Positions 31,100-40,881 of a DNA stretch of 64,000 bases are shown here, piece by piece. The notes under the pieces are model-generated. The model was not told the origin of the DNA. It saw nothing but the letters and a program-made list of their open reading frames with translations, and searched no databases. Source of the DNA: a virus; the IMG/VR virus record IMGVR_UViG_3300044648_000427. One strand, given 5' to 3'. Each line of letters begins with the position of its first letter. Within the stretch, counting starts at the first letter, position 1. The position numbers and the translations under genes were made by a program.

Positions 31100-31777
31100 A
31101 TGACTAAGAATAAAGAGCTAAAGAAGCTCGGAGAGCAAATTGACGAACTTGAAGAAGGAGAAATCAAGAAACAATTAAGTATCAATTATCGTAATATTTT
31201 ACACAACAACGGTGAATTACCTTGTGATGGCATTTGGAATGCAGCAATGGGTAAATGTGACGAATTTGATGAAACAAGTATCCCTCCAAAAGTATCAGCA
31301 GGAAGAAATAGAACAGTAGATGTAGGTGAATCTGTTACTTTAGCCGGAGAAATTAAAGATTTTAAAAATTATCTGGTATATAAAGGATGGAATCAAGTAA
31401 CTCATCCATCGGTTCCATTAGTACAACAAGAAGGTTCAGCAGATGGTTCAACTCTTATCATTCATCCAGTGAAGGAAGGAGAATATACATATCAATTTAC
31501 TGCAACAGATGTAAAAGGACATAGTGGTTCGGATACAGTAGTTGTAACAGTAAAATCAAAGGAAAGCAGAAAAGCAGAAAGAGAAGCAAAAGAAAAGAAA
31601 GAAGCTGAAGAAAAGGAACAAGCAGAGAAACAAGCTAAAGAAAATAAAATAATTGAAGAAAAACCAAAACCAATTGTTGAAGAAAAGAAACCAATTGAAG
31701 AAAAAAAACCAAACTTTCAAGGCTTTTTAAAGGCTGACGAGGAATTTAAACCAAAAGAATTCAATAGAGGTAAATAA
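31100..31777 (+). CDS. PKD-domain protein with charged tail
   Basis: PPKVSAG.N.TV..GESVTL.G...W.QV...G.YTYQFTATD..G.SGSDTVVVTV. Confidence 0.75.
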   Translation: MTKNKELKKLGEQIDELEEGEIKKQLSINYRNILHNNGELPCDGIWNAAMGKCDEFDETSIPPKVSAGRNRTVDVGESVTLAGEIKDFKNYLVYKGWNQVTHPSVPLVQQEGSADGSTLIIHPVKEGEYTYQFTATDVKGHSGSDTVVVTVKSKESRKAEREAKEKKEAEEKEQAEKQAKENKIIEEKPKPIVEEKKPIEEKKPNFQGFLKADEEFKPKEFNRGK

Positions 31778-31780
31778 TCA

Positions 31781-32557
31781 ATGTACAAAAACACCGTAAT
31801 TGTTGCAGCAATAGTGTTTATAACCCTATTTACTGCTTCAGTTACAACTTTTTCTCAAAAAGAAGAAGTACAACAAGTTATTTTAACTGATTTCATAAAA
31901 CAATATACTGATTACGGTCAACATGCTGACCCAGCTTATAGAGAAATTTATAATGTATTAAACTTATTTGACAATAAAGTAAATACAACTTATTCATTCT
32001 GGTCGCAACTTGGTGACTCAGGATTCGTCGCAGACTTGAAAGGCCCGATGGAACAACAAGTTTGTGGTGCTGAATTATATGTTTTTAATCCTCAAAATTC
32101 TCCCTTTGTTTTACGTCTGGGAGATAAAGAAATCACAGGATCGTTAGATTCTACAGTTAAAAAAATAGATATTCCTGATTGTGTTAAACAAATAGATAAA
32201 ATTTCTTTAGATATTGATGGTAGTACTTCAACTGATCTGGAAAATGCAAAATGGACAACACTAGAAGAACTTAAGATTTTCACAAAGAATGTTATACCTC
32301 CAGTATGTCCTCCAAATACAAAATGGGATGCAGATTTACAAAAATGTGTTCCAATTAATCCACCAATTGATAACGGTACAGATATTACAAATTCAAACAT
32401 AACTTTGAATGTATCAGGTTCAACAATTACAATAAATGCTGATGAGACAAGTGAAATTATCATCCCACAAAAACAATCTCTAATTCCAGAAAAGGAAGAT
32501 GAAGATGAGGATGAGGATGAAAAGAAAGACAAAAAGAAAAAAGGAGATAAAGATTAA
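31781..32557 (+). CDS. Secreted or membrane-anchored discoidin-like protein with Cys hairpin motif
   Basis: N-terminal hydrophobic segment; NLFD...FWS...WTTLEELKIF; CPPNTKWD...C. Confidence 0.6.
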   Translation: MYKNTVIVAAIVFITLFTASVTTFSQKEEVQQVILTDFIKQYTDYGQHADPAYREIYNVLNLFDNKVNTTYSFWSQLGDSGFVADLKGPMEQQVCGAELYVFNPQNSPFVLRLGDKEITGSLDSTVKKIDIPDCVKQIDKISLDIDGSTSTDLENAKWTTLEELKIFTKNVIPPVCPPNTKWDADLQKCVPINPPIDNGTDITNSNITLNVSGSTITINADETSEIIIPQKQSLIPEKEDEDEDEDEKKDKKKKGDKD

Positions 32558-35500
32558 TGATAAAAATAATTGCATTCGGTGATACTGATACAACTTCAGA
32601 CGCCTCAAGCATTATGGCTCAAATGGTAAAAGAGCCAAATGTAGATGTATTTTTAGGCTTAGGGGATTATCCTTATGCAGGCCGATCTACAAAATGGTGT
32701 AGCATGGTAGATCAACATTTCACCCCAGAACTAAAAGGAAGATTAATGCTTAATCAAGGAAACCATGAAGATGAAGAATCAGAAACAGAAGCTTCTCAAC
32801 AAGATATAGAAAAATGGGTAAATGATCATAATAGTAAACATCCACAATATAAAATGGATAAACTCGATATTACTCCACCTGAAGCAAATGGCGGAGATTC
32901 AACATGGGAAAAACCTACATGGTTAACCTCACGACAAGTAGGCAATGTCTACATTATAAATATGAATACTCAAGACATGGATGTTGAGTTCAAGAGGAAT
33001 CAATATAATTGGGTACTTGCTGAAATTAATAAAGCTAAACAATTAAAAGCTGAAGGTAAAATTGATTGGATAATCAATACAGCTCATAAACCTTGGTTTA
33101 CTTTAAAATCCAGCCACAGCCCTTATACAGCAGTTAGAAAGATTTATAGTGATCTATTTAAAGATGTTGTAGATTTCAACCTTCACGGTCATAATCATAA
33201 TACACAATTATGGTTGCCAATGGTTGCAGACGATACAAGTGGTAATGGAACTGGTACACAACTTTTCACTTATGCTTCAGATGGTAAGACTTTTGATTTC
33301 ACTAAATCTCATGGATGGCTGACCATAGTTTCGGGGCATGCTGGCCATGAACACAATGGAATTAAAGAGACTGGAAATAAAAATTGTATGTGGTTTAATG
33401 ATACGGCTTTTGGATATACTGTAATAGAAATTGACGGTAAAAAAGCTCATGTTATAGCAAAAGATGAAACAGGAGATACTATGTTTGAATACTTTGTAAC
33501 AAAAGAAGGTGGAACTCCAGATGATAATCCACTAGCTAAATTACTCGTTCCTTCACAAGTAGCAGTTGGATCAACTGTAACACTTGATGGAAGTCAATCT
33601 GTTGCTGATACATTAACAATTACACAGACCTTGGGAACACCTGTAAATCTCACAGATGCAGGCAAATTCAAGAAATCATTTGTCGTACCTGACGCTAATT
33701 CTATAATGGCAGCAGGTAACTTCGCATTGGGTTTCCAAGCAGTAGCACAAAAAGGAACCAAACAATCTATAGCACAAGTATCAATACAAGTTACTACAAC
33801 AGATCCAGCAGATCCACCAGTGGCTAAATTAACTGCTCCAACAAGTGCAATAGCAGGATCAAAGGTTATACTGAATGCAAATGGATCAACTAATTATGAT
33901 AGTCTGGTATTTTCACAAATATCTGGGCCAAACGTTTTAATTGAACCACTCGATGCATTAAGGAAACAGTTTAACGCACCAAATACTCCCACACAATTAG
34001 GATTTGAACTTAAAGCTATTAAGGGCACACAACAATCAACAGCTCAAGCAACCATACAAATTAATTCTGAATCTTCAACTGGAGAGACAAAACTCATACC
34101 AATCAGCGTTGCAGCATCAGGGCAAGATTTAGGCAAAGAAGCTTCAAAAGCCGCAGATGGAAATTTCGAATCCAGATGGTCATGTGATGGAGATGGAGAA
34201 TGGATAGAATTTAAATTTGATAAAGTTTATCCGATTACCAAAGTAAAATTAACATGTTATCATTATGATAAAACATATAAATTTGAAATTAAAGGAAAAC
34301 AATTCGAAAATCCAGCAGGAAGACCAGTAAATTCATTAGTAGAATATGACTTGAAAGACCTTAACATTATAAGTGATACAGTAAGGATAATTGGACATGG
34401 AAATAATCTAACTACATATAACTCTTTCCGAGAAATTGAATTCTATTCTGGAACCGCAGACCCACGTCATTGTCAACCGGGTTGGCACTGGGATGATACG
34501 TTAAAACGTTGTATACCAGATTTGGAACCACCTATAAATCCAAATAATAAACCACCAGTTGCAAATGCAGGACAAGATCAAACTGTAGCTCCAAAATCTA
34601 CGGTAACACTAAATGGATTGGCTAGCTCAGACCCAGATGGAACGATAAGTTCATATTCATGGACTCAGTTAAGCGGCCCAACAGTAAGTATAAGTAATGC
34701 AAATACAGCAGTTGCTTCATTTATTGCACCAGATCTTGATACGCCACAACCACAAACTCCAATAGCGGTAATAACGCCAAACACGCTTACAGGATTAAAA
34801 GGTTCAACTTTAACAGTTTCAGGTACAAGTTCTCAAAATGCAAGTACATACAAATGGGTAGCAAGTTCTGGAAATTCAATATCCGGTTCAAGCACTAATT
34901 CAACAGCTAACATTGTACTTTCTGGTACAGTTGGTAGTAATAATAGTGTAACTTTAACCGTTACAAATTCAACAGGGCAAACTAATAGTGTAACCAAAAC
35001 TATAAATATAACGACAACTCCATCTACCGAACTAGATGCAGAAGCAGAAGCACTTATATTAGCCAAAGTTGGTGAAACAGTTTTACTAAAAGATAACGGT
35101 TCTAAAGGAGCAATTACACGTCATGAATGGCTAAAAGAAACACCTGATGCACAAGCAATTCAATTAATTGCCAATTCAAGTGCAAAATTCGGAGCTAAAT
35201 TCATTGCAACAAGCAATATGGTAGATAAAGATATTAGATTCAGATTAAGGGTTTTCGACGCTCAAAACAACTTTAATGATGATATAACTGGCACTAAAGT
35301 ATCAATTACCGCTGGAACTCCAAGTGGCGGATTCGGTCAAGATGCATTCGGAATGAAGATGCTTCTCAAACCAACAGGTAAGAAAATCGCTATGGAATGG
35401 GGTACAGACCACGAAAATGGCCAAAGATTTAACGTAAATCATGAATTCCATAATTATATAATGCAAGGGTACTTTAAGCTAGGATCAGGTCAAGATGCAA

Positions 35501-37206
35501 TAAACCACAAGGGAGACGGCCCCAACCATGGAGGATGTACGTCAACAAGTAACTTTATCTGTCTATGGTATGAGCTTCATTTGGAGCTTTCCACAGGAAA
35601 AGGTGAATTACAATACGAATTCCCTCATCCAAAGAACAATAACGTTGACTCTTCAAAATTGGAATTATCCAAATCTATAGGCAAATTAAATGCTGGACAA
35701 TGGATAGGATGGGCTACCGCTTATTACTGGGGTGCTGATGGATACAGGCATATAAAAGCCTTTGTTGATCCAAATCCATTCCCTAACAACGATCCAAACC
35801 AAAAACCATTGAATAATTGGGATAATGTTGTATATGCAGTTGAAAGAGGTCAAATAGTACCAAATATTACAATGCCAAGAGACTTGCAGAAAGTAATAGA
35901 TTCTGATGCGGGATTTGAAAGTGAAATCCGTATGAACAATGCAAATTCGGGAACAACTGATATGAAAAACGTATGGGTTATGGAAGTTGATCCAAAAGTA
36001 ACAGGAATTCAACCATTAATGAACCAAACAATCAATTGGCAAGTATTACCTGACAAGAGTTCTAAAGAACGAAGAGCATTAGATGAAGAACGAGATAGAG
36101 AATTAGGTATAAATGATGATATAAAACCAAAGAAAATTAAAGAAGCTATAACTACCGCACTTCCAAAAGATTTACTATTCCAACTCAGAGTAACAGATAA
36201 TAAAGGGTCTAGTAGCACAGATACAGTAAAGATTACTGTTTCAGACTCTTCACTCCCACCACCTCCAGATGATGTAGATGCTAAATTCCCTGAATTATTA
36301 GCAAAAGCAACACCCGGCAGTACATTCGTACTTGATGGTTCCCAATCAACAGGAAATATTACATCATGGAATATTAAACAAGATGAAGGCCCAACAGTTC
36401 AATTATTAGATAATCCGAAGAAATGTTCAAAACAGTTTACAATGCCAAATGAAAAAGTCAAATTTACTCTAACTGTAAGTAATTCAACAAAATCAAATTC
36501 TGATACAATTACCGTAAATCCAGATGATGAACAGCCAACAGGTGATATATTATATGATTCAAATATTCATGGTAAATGGAATGATGGAAACAAACGAACT
36601 GTAGATGATAAAGAAGGAAATCAATCACCGGATGGAAAAGGATTTCATACTGCTGCATCAGGTAATCCTAGATTTATAATCGATGGTGATGGTGTAGGAC
36701 ACTTAGAAGCAGATTCAGGACATGGCCGTATCTATATCCTAGCCAAAAACTACAATTCCAGACTAGAATTTGACTTTATGTTTGAAGATGAAAATATAGA
36801 TAACATATCTTTCAAGTTAAGAAGTAGACATCAAGAAGGTTCTGATTGTAAGAACAGATTTGGTGGTTTCGGGGGTGCCATAGATAGAGCAGGTGGAGAA
36901 ATTGATTTCCAGACAGAAAGTTGTCATAACGAACACGAAAACAAGATTGCAAAACCAATTCCGCCATTCCAAACAGGTACATGGCATAAAGCGGCAATAT
37001 CGGTATGGGATAAACCAGACAAAAGTGCAGTTAATCTGAAAGCAGAAATAGATGGTAAAGAAGTTTTAACCGGAGAACATAAGAATCCTCAACCCTATTA
37101 TGTTGATGAGGCAAAATTCATGGAACAAAGTTATTTCTGGTTAAGAATAAATAATTCAAAGACAGGTAAAGTAGCCTTCAAAAATGTTAGATTAATTAAA
37201 ATCTAA
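32557..37206 (+). CDS. Multidomain protein: metallophosphoesterase, PKD repeats, F5/8 discoidin and two unannotated beta-domains
   Basis: FGD, GDYPY, GNHE, AHKP, GHNH motifs; AADGNFESRWS (F5/8); PPVANAG.DQTV (PKD). Confidence 0.85.
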   Translation: MIKIIAFGDTDTTSDASSIMAQMVKEPNVDVFLGLGDYPYAGRSTKWCSMVDQHFTPELKGRLMLNQGNHEDEESETEASQQDIEKWVNDHNSKHPQYKMDKLDITPPEANGGDSTWEKPTWLTSRQVGNVYIINMNTQDMDVEFKRNQYNWVLAEINKAKQLKAEGKIDWIINTAHKPWFTLKSSHSPYTAVRKIYSDLFKDVVDFNLHGHNHNTQLWLPMVADDTSGNGTGTQLFTYASDGKTFDFTKSHGWLTIVSGHAGHEHNGIKETGNKNCMWFNDTAFGYTVIEIDGKKAHVIAKDETGDTMFEYFVTKEGGTPDDNPLAKLLVPSQVAVGSTVTLDGSQSVADTLTITQTLGTPVNLTDAGKFKKSFVVPDANSIMAAGNFALGFQAVAQKGTKQSIAQVSIQVTTTDPADPPVAKLTAPTSAIAGSKVILNANGSTNYDSLVFSQISGPNVLIEPLDALRKQFNAPNTPTQLGFELKAIKGTQQSTAQATIQINSESSTGETKLIPISVAASGQDLGKEASKAADGNFESRWSCDGDGEWIEFKFDKVYPITKVKLTCYHYDKTYKFEIKGKQFENPAGRPVNSLVEYDLKDLNIISDTVRIIGHGNNLTTYNSFREIEFYSGTADPRHCQPGWHWDDTLKRCIPDLEPPINPNNKPPVANAGQDQTVAPKSTVTLNGLASSDPDGTISSYSWTQLSGPTVSISNANTAVASFIAPDLDTPQPQTPIAVITPNTLTGLKGSTLTVSGTSSQNASTYKWVASSGNSISGSSTNSTANIVLSGTVGSNNSVTLTVTNSTGQTNSVTKTINITTTPSTELDAEAEALILAKVGETVLLKDNGSKGAITRHEWLKETPDAQAIQLIANSSAKFGAKFIATSNMVDKDIRFRLRVFDAQNNFNDDITGTKVSITAGTPSGGFGQDAFGMKMLLKPTGKKIAMEWGTDHENGQRFNVNHEFHNYIMQGYFKLGSGQDAINHKGDGPNHGGCTSTSNFICLWYELHLELSTGKGELQYEFPHPKNNNVDSSKLELSKSIGKLNAGQWIGWATAYYWGADGYRHIKAFVDPNPFPNNDPNQKPLNNWDNVVYAVERGQIVPNITMPRDLQKVIDSDAGFESEIRMNNANSGTTDMKNVWVMEVDPKVTGIQPLMNQTINWQVLPDKSSKERRALDEERDRELGINDDIKPKKIKEAITTALPKDLLFQLRVTDNKGSSSTDTVKITVSDSSLPPPPDDVDAKFPELLAKATPGSTFVLDGSQSTGNITSWNIKQDEGPTVQLLDNPKKCSKQFTMPNEKVKFTLTVSNSTKSNSDTITVNPDDEQPTGDILYDSNIHGKWNDGNKRTVDDKEGNQSPDGKGFHTAASGNPRFIIDGDGVGHLEADSGHGRIYILAKNYNSRLEFDFMFEDENIDNISFKLRSRHQEGSDCKNRFGGFGGAIDRAGGEIDFQTESCHNEHENKIAKPIPPFQTGTWHKAAISVWDKPDKSAVNLKAEIDGKEVLTGEHKNPQPYYVDEAKFMEQSYFWLRINNSKTGKVAFKNVRLIKI

Positions 37207-37256
37207 CAACAATTTTTTTAATAACTCTCATTAATATTAATAATAAGTTTTCTTTT

Positions 37257-37688
37257 ATGAAACTAGCTATAATAATTGTCATTTTAAGTTTTCTTATAGG
37301 TGGTGCTTATATAGGACACGCCAATTATGTTCTTGAAAAATCACATATCCCAATAGATGAAGAAAAATATATATATTATCATATTCAAACTGAGTATATT
37401 AAATTTATGATATTCTTACCTGTTGCCATATTTTATTTTATGATTGCTATTGTTATTTTTTGTATTCCTCATAATCCTCTTCCTTATGTAATATTTATAG
37501 GATTTACGGGAGCGTTCCTAGCAATAACAGCAATAAATATGTTTTTAGGTAATCCTTATCCACAGTTAAACATGACAACTAAATATGGACATTACATTGA
37601 TTTTCCTCTAGTAAAAACTTTTCAGACTATATCTATGATTGTAACTTTATATGTATATTACAAAAAGTTCTGTTCTAAAGTTGTATAG
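37257..37688 (+). CDS. Membrane protein (about 4 TM segments)
   Basis: Hydrophobic segments. Confidence 0.6.
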   Translation: MKLAIIIVILSFLIGGAYIGHANYVLEKSHIPIDEEKYIYYHIQTEYIKFMIFLPVAIFYFMIAIVIFCIPHNPLPYVIFIGFTGAFLAITAINMFLGNPYPQLNMTTKYGHYIDFPLVKTFQTISMIVTLYVYYKKFCSKVV

Positions 37689-37728
37689 TTCTCAATAAGA
37701 AATAATTAATATCATTTTTCACACATAA

Positions 37729-37911
37729 ATGGTATTCGCTTCATTAGAAACGGGAATCATAGCATTAATTGTAGGAATTGCATTAGTATTAATTGCTAAT
37801 AGAATTCCAATTCAACAATACGTCAATGCAGCTCTTTATATAATAGGTTTTATACTTATTGTACTTGCAATAGTTGCATTCTTGCTATTTTTCGTGGGTA
37901 TAGTAGCTTAG
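37729..37911 (+). CDS. Small 2-TM membrane protein (holin-like)
   Basis: Two hydrophobic helices; TAGTT motif upstream; oligo-T downstream. Confidence 0.55.
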   Translation: MVFASLETGIIALIVGIALVLIANRIPIQQYVNAALYIIGFILIVLAIVAFLLFFVGIVA

Positions 37912-37952
37912 TATCCACAAACAATTTACTTTTAAACTACCCAACTTTTTTT

Positions 37953-38159
37953 TTAAAAATCATATTCATCTGTCTTATAAGTCTTTGGTATTTTACGTAG
38001 GTTAATTCGTTCAGCTATTCCTATTTTTTCTAAAATATTGCAAACTTTTTCAAGTATTTCAGCAACTTGTGATTGATATAATTTATGCTCTTTTGCTATT
38101 TGTTCGATACTTTTATTATCTAGCCAAGAACGAATGATGGAAATTTCAATATCGTTCAT
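37953..38159 (-). CDS. Small HTH protein
   Basis: SIEQIAKEHKLYQSQVAEIL helix-turn-helix pattern. Confidence 0.6.
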   Translation of the reverse strand: MNDIEISIIRSWLDNKSIEQIAKEHKLYQSQVAEILEKVCNILEKIGIAERINLRKIPKTYKTDEYDF

Positions 38160-38314
38160 TAAAACTCATTTTTACATTTTTTCTTTAATTCTTGCCATCT
38201 TCTATGCCATAATATACCAAGTTTATATTCATCCCCACTTTCAAGTTTCTCTAATGCTTCTGCTATCTCCTCAAAAGAATCATAAACAATTTCACGTAAT
38301 TCTTTATCCTTCAT
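38159..38314 (-). CDS. 51-aa hypothetical protein
   Basis: Translated by hand (MKDKELREIVYDSFEE...); stop overlaps the start of the HTH gene. Confidence 0.5.
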   Translation of the reverse strand: MKDKELREIVYDSFEEIAEALEKLESGDEYKLGILWHRRWQELKKKCKNEF

Positions 38315-38352
38315 AATTAAGTATATATAACTCTATGATCTATTTATTTGTT

Positions 38353-38682
38353 ATGAAAGATATGCTTGAAACTATATTTAACCTCCAAAAAGAACTAGAC
38401 AAATTAGTTGGATTTACTAAGATGGATTATCAAGAAAAGGTAAACAACAATTTTATGGCAACCCTTCATGAAATATGTGAATTGCACGATGAAACTAATT
38501 GGAAACATTGGAAAAAGACCAAAAAAGTTGAAAGTTATGAAAAAATACTTGAAGAATATGCAGATGTAATACATTTTATTGTTCAAAAAGCACTAATACA
38601 TGGATTCACCTCAGAACAAGTTTTTGATGCTTATGTAAAGAAAAATCAAGTTAATCGTGAAAGGGTGGCAAATAACTATTGA
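38353..38682 (+). CDS. dut: Dimeric (all-alpha) dUTPase
   Basis: LQ.ELD, E..EL..E..WKHWK, EEYADVIHF, Y..KN.VN..R motifs. Confidence 0.85.
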   Translation: MKDMLETIFNLQKELDKLVGFTKMDYQEKVNNNFMATLHEICELHDETNWKHWKKTKKVESYEKILEEYADVIHFIVQKALIHGFTSEQVFDAYVKKNQVNRERVANNY

Positions 38683-38945
38683 CAGAAGTTCTCACTTTTC
38701 CCCCTGAACGTGTATGCGTTGATTGCGGCTCAAAAACTACATATGGAACTCAGTGGTATTATTTTGAAGATGGATTAACTTGTAATAGATGTTATGAGAA
38801 AAGAAAATATAAAATGAGTAAACGTAAACGATTCTATAGGAAGACTGAAGTATGTTTATACTGCGGTGGCCCGTTCAGAAAGTCTACGTCTAATATAAAG
38901 TTTTGCAAAAATATATGCAAGAAAAAGTATAATATATTAAGATAA
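38679..38945 (+). CDS. Zn-finger protein
   Basis: Four CxxC/CxxxC pairs. Confidence 0.6.
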   Translation: MTEVLTFPPERVCVDCGSKTTYGTQWYYFEDGLTCNRCYEKRKYKMSKRKRFYRKTEVCLYCGGPFRKSTSNIKFCKNICKKKYNILR

Positions 38946-39812
38946 AAATATTTTTTTGTTGAAAAGTTCATCTCCTGATGAGCTTATCATTTTTAGATGT
39001 ATTCCATTTTGATCAAATGTAAATATCGGTGCTTGATAAGTTTCTCCATCCAAGTATTGCCATAATGGATTAGTTTCCTCTATTTTATCCAATGAACGTC
39101 CAAGAGATCCAAATATACCCCAAACAATACCTAGATTATCTTCATTTGTTGTAGGTACTAGTTGGTTGTTAACCATCCTTAGATTATCAGAAATTTGAGT
39201 ATCATGGTCATGCCCTTGAGTTACTAAATCAACAATATGAGCATAAGAATAAATCAAATTAATTATATTTTTATAATCTTTTATTTCTGATGGTTTATGA
39301 TCACCACAGGAATATGCCATTTTTAAATTTTCATCCAACATACAACTCATAATCATCTTGTGCATGGCAATTACTACATATTCAATTTGACCTGCTAACT
39401 TTAACTGATTTGCTTTTTCCAACTCAGTATTTAGAAAATCTTTATTCATTTCTTGGGTGTCAAGAGCGATTACATAAACATCCTTATGTTCATAGGAATA
39501 AAAATTAGAATCTAGATTAAAATGTTCAGTAAGTTGTTCCCATGACTTTTCAGCTCCTTTTTCACTAGATTCGTGATTTCCTCTAACAATTTTCACATGA
39601 AGCCCTTCTACCATATCAATCCAACATTGTTGATCATCTTGATATGAATAATCACCTAAACCCTGTAAAAGTTCTACGTTGTTGGATTTGATGTTATTTA
39701 TATTCTTTTCGGCCTCTTCACTACATGTAAAATCACCTGCAAAACTAGCGTTAAACGCATAAGCAGAGGGCATACTAACCGCTAATAGTACTAAAATTAT
39801 TTGTTTTATCAT
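38937..39812 (-). CDS. Secreted metallophosphoesterase (purple acid phosphatase-like)
   Basis: Signal peptide; AGD, GDYSY, GNHE, MHK, GHDH motifs. Confidence 0.85.
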   Translation of the reverse strand: MIKQIILVLLAVSMPSAYAFNASFAGDFTCSEEAEKNINNIKSNNVELLQGLGDYSYQDDQQCWIDMVEGLHVKIVRGNHESSEKGAEKSWEQLTEHFNLDSNFYSYEHKDVYVIALDTQEMNKDFLNTELEKANQLKLAGQIEYVVIAMHKMIMSCMLDENLKMAYSCGDHKPSEIKDYKNIINLIYSYAHIVDLVTQGHDHDTQISDNLRMVNNQLVPTTNEDNLGIVWGIFGSLGRSLDKIEETNPLWQYLDGETYQAPIFTFDQNGIHLKMISSSGDELFNKKIFLS

Positions 39813-39859
39813 TAAAATTATATAAAATTATTATAATAAAAGTGTTTTTAAAAAAAAAA

Positions 39860-40288
39860 TTATTGGGTTGGAACTGGTGCGTCTAGTTCAACTATTACCT
39901 TGTTTGGTTTCGTTAATGAGTTGATTAAACTTGAGAATTCTAGACCGTTAATGTTTCCGAGTATTGTTTCACCTTTTGTTGGACATGCATCTCCTCCTTT
40001 TTTGAATTGGAAGTTGAATGCTAATGTAGATTCTTCAGCTAATTTTGATTGTGCTTGAAGATTACCTAATTGTGCGGTATAAATTGTTCCATTCACAGCA
40101 TTAAGTACTTTCAGTTGAACCTTTACTTGACATTTCTTTGGTTTTTGTTCTTTGTCTTTTCCGGGTTTTTCTGGTTTTCCGGGTTTGTCTGGTTTTGCAG
40201 TTTGTGCGAAAACGTCGTCAACTATTGGTGCTGTAGCAATTCCGAAAACGGATGCTAACATTGCTAAGGTTAATATAAGTGTTTTCAT
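39860..40288 (-). CDS. Secreted hypothetical protein
   Basis: Signal peptide ending VFAQ; KPxKP repeats. Confidence 0.65.
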   Translation of the reverse strand: MKTLILTLAMLASVFGIATAPIVDDVFAQTAKPDKPGKPEKPGKDKEQKPKKCQVKVQLKVLNAVNGTIYTAQLGNLQAQSKLAEESTLAFNFQFKKGGDACPTKGETILGNINGLEFSSLINSLTKPNKVIVELDAPVPTQ

Positions 40289-40505
40289 TGTAAGGTAAGT
40301 AATATATTCACTAGTATAAAAGCTTTACTAAAAAATTAATTTGGATAAGATTTTAACTCATCCTGAATTATTGATATAAGTTCAAGACCGTTTCTACGTG
40401 CTTTCTCATAATCTTGTTCTTCATATGCACTATAGATCATATTTTGCACAATCTGACACATTTTGAGCGAGATAAGCTCTAATGGATCATCGGTAGAACT
40501 AAGTT

Positions 40506-40811
40506 TCAATTATTTACGCCTTGTGCCTTTTTAACTTCTTCTTTTGGAGCGTTCTGTAAAACTTTTCCTTCATCAGCTATGCTTTTTTCTTGTATACTAT
40601 CAAGGAACTCTTGGGTTGGTACACATCTACCTAAATTGTTATCCCATTTCCATCCTTTACGACAGCCGTTCTCATCAAGCTTAAAGGTTTTACTTCCTGT
40701 TCGTGGATCGATGGTAAATTCATCATCATTGTTTTCTCCATTCTCAAAAGAGTTAATCAAGTTTTGGACTTCTTTATCGTTAGTTGCCTCTGTGGGCGGT
40801 TGATTTGCCAT
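40506..40811 (-). CDS. Hypothetical protein with Cys hairpin motif
   Basis: CRKGWKWDNNLGRCVP; TAGTT at -35. Confidence 0.6.
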   Translation of the reverse strand: MANQPPTEATNDKEVQNLINSFENGENNDDEFTIDPRTGSKTFKLDENGCRKGWKWDNNLGRCVPTQEFLDSIQEKSIADEGKVLQNAPKEEVKKAQGVNN

Positions 40812-40881
40812 ATTTTAAGAATTGATTTTCTTGTTAATAAAAACTATAAGTTTATATTCGTGTTGATCCATTATATAATTA

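Noticed and set aside
19977-37206. Diversity-generating retroelement acting on the adhesins
   Set aside because: No reverse transcriptase and no TR/VR pair with adenine-specific mismatches seen; domain copies are highly diverged
38134-38316. Plus-strand 60-aa hydrophobic ORF
   Set aside because: The opposite-strand ORF 38159..38314 has typical composition and is coupled to the HTH gene
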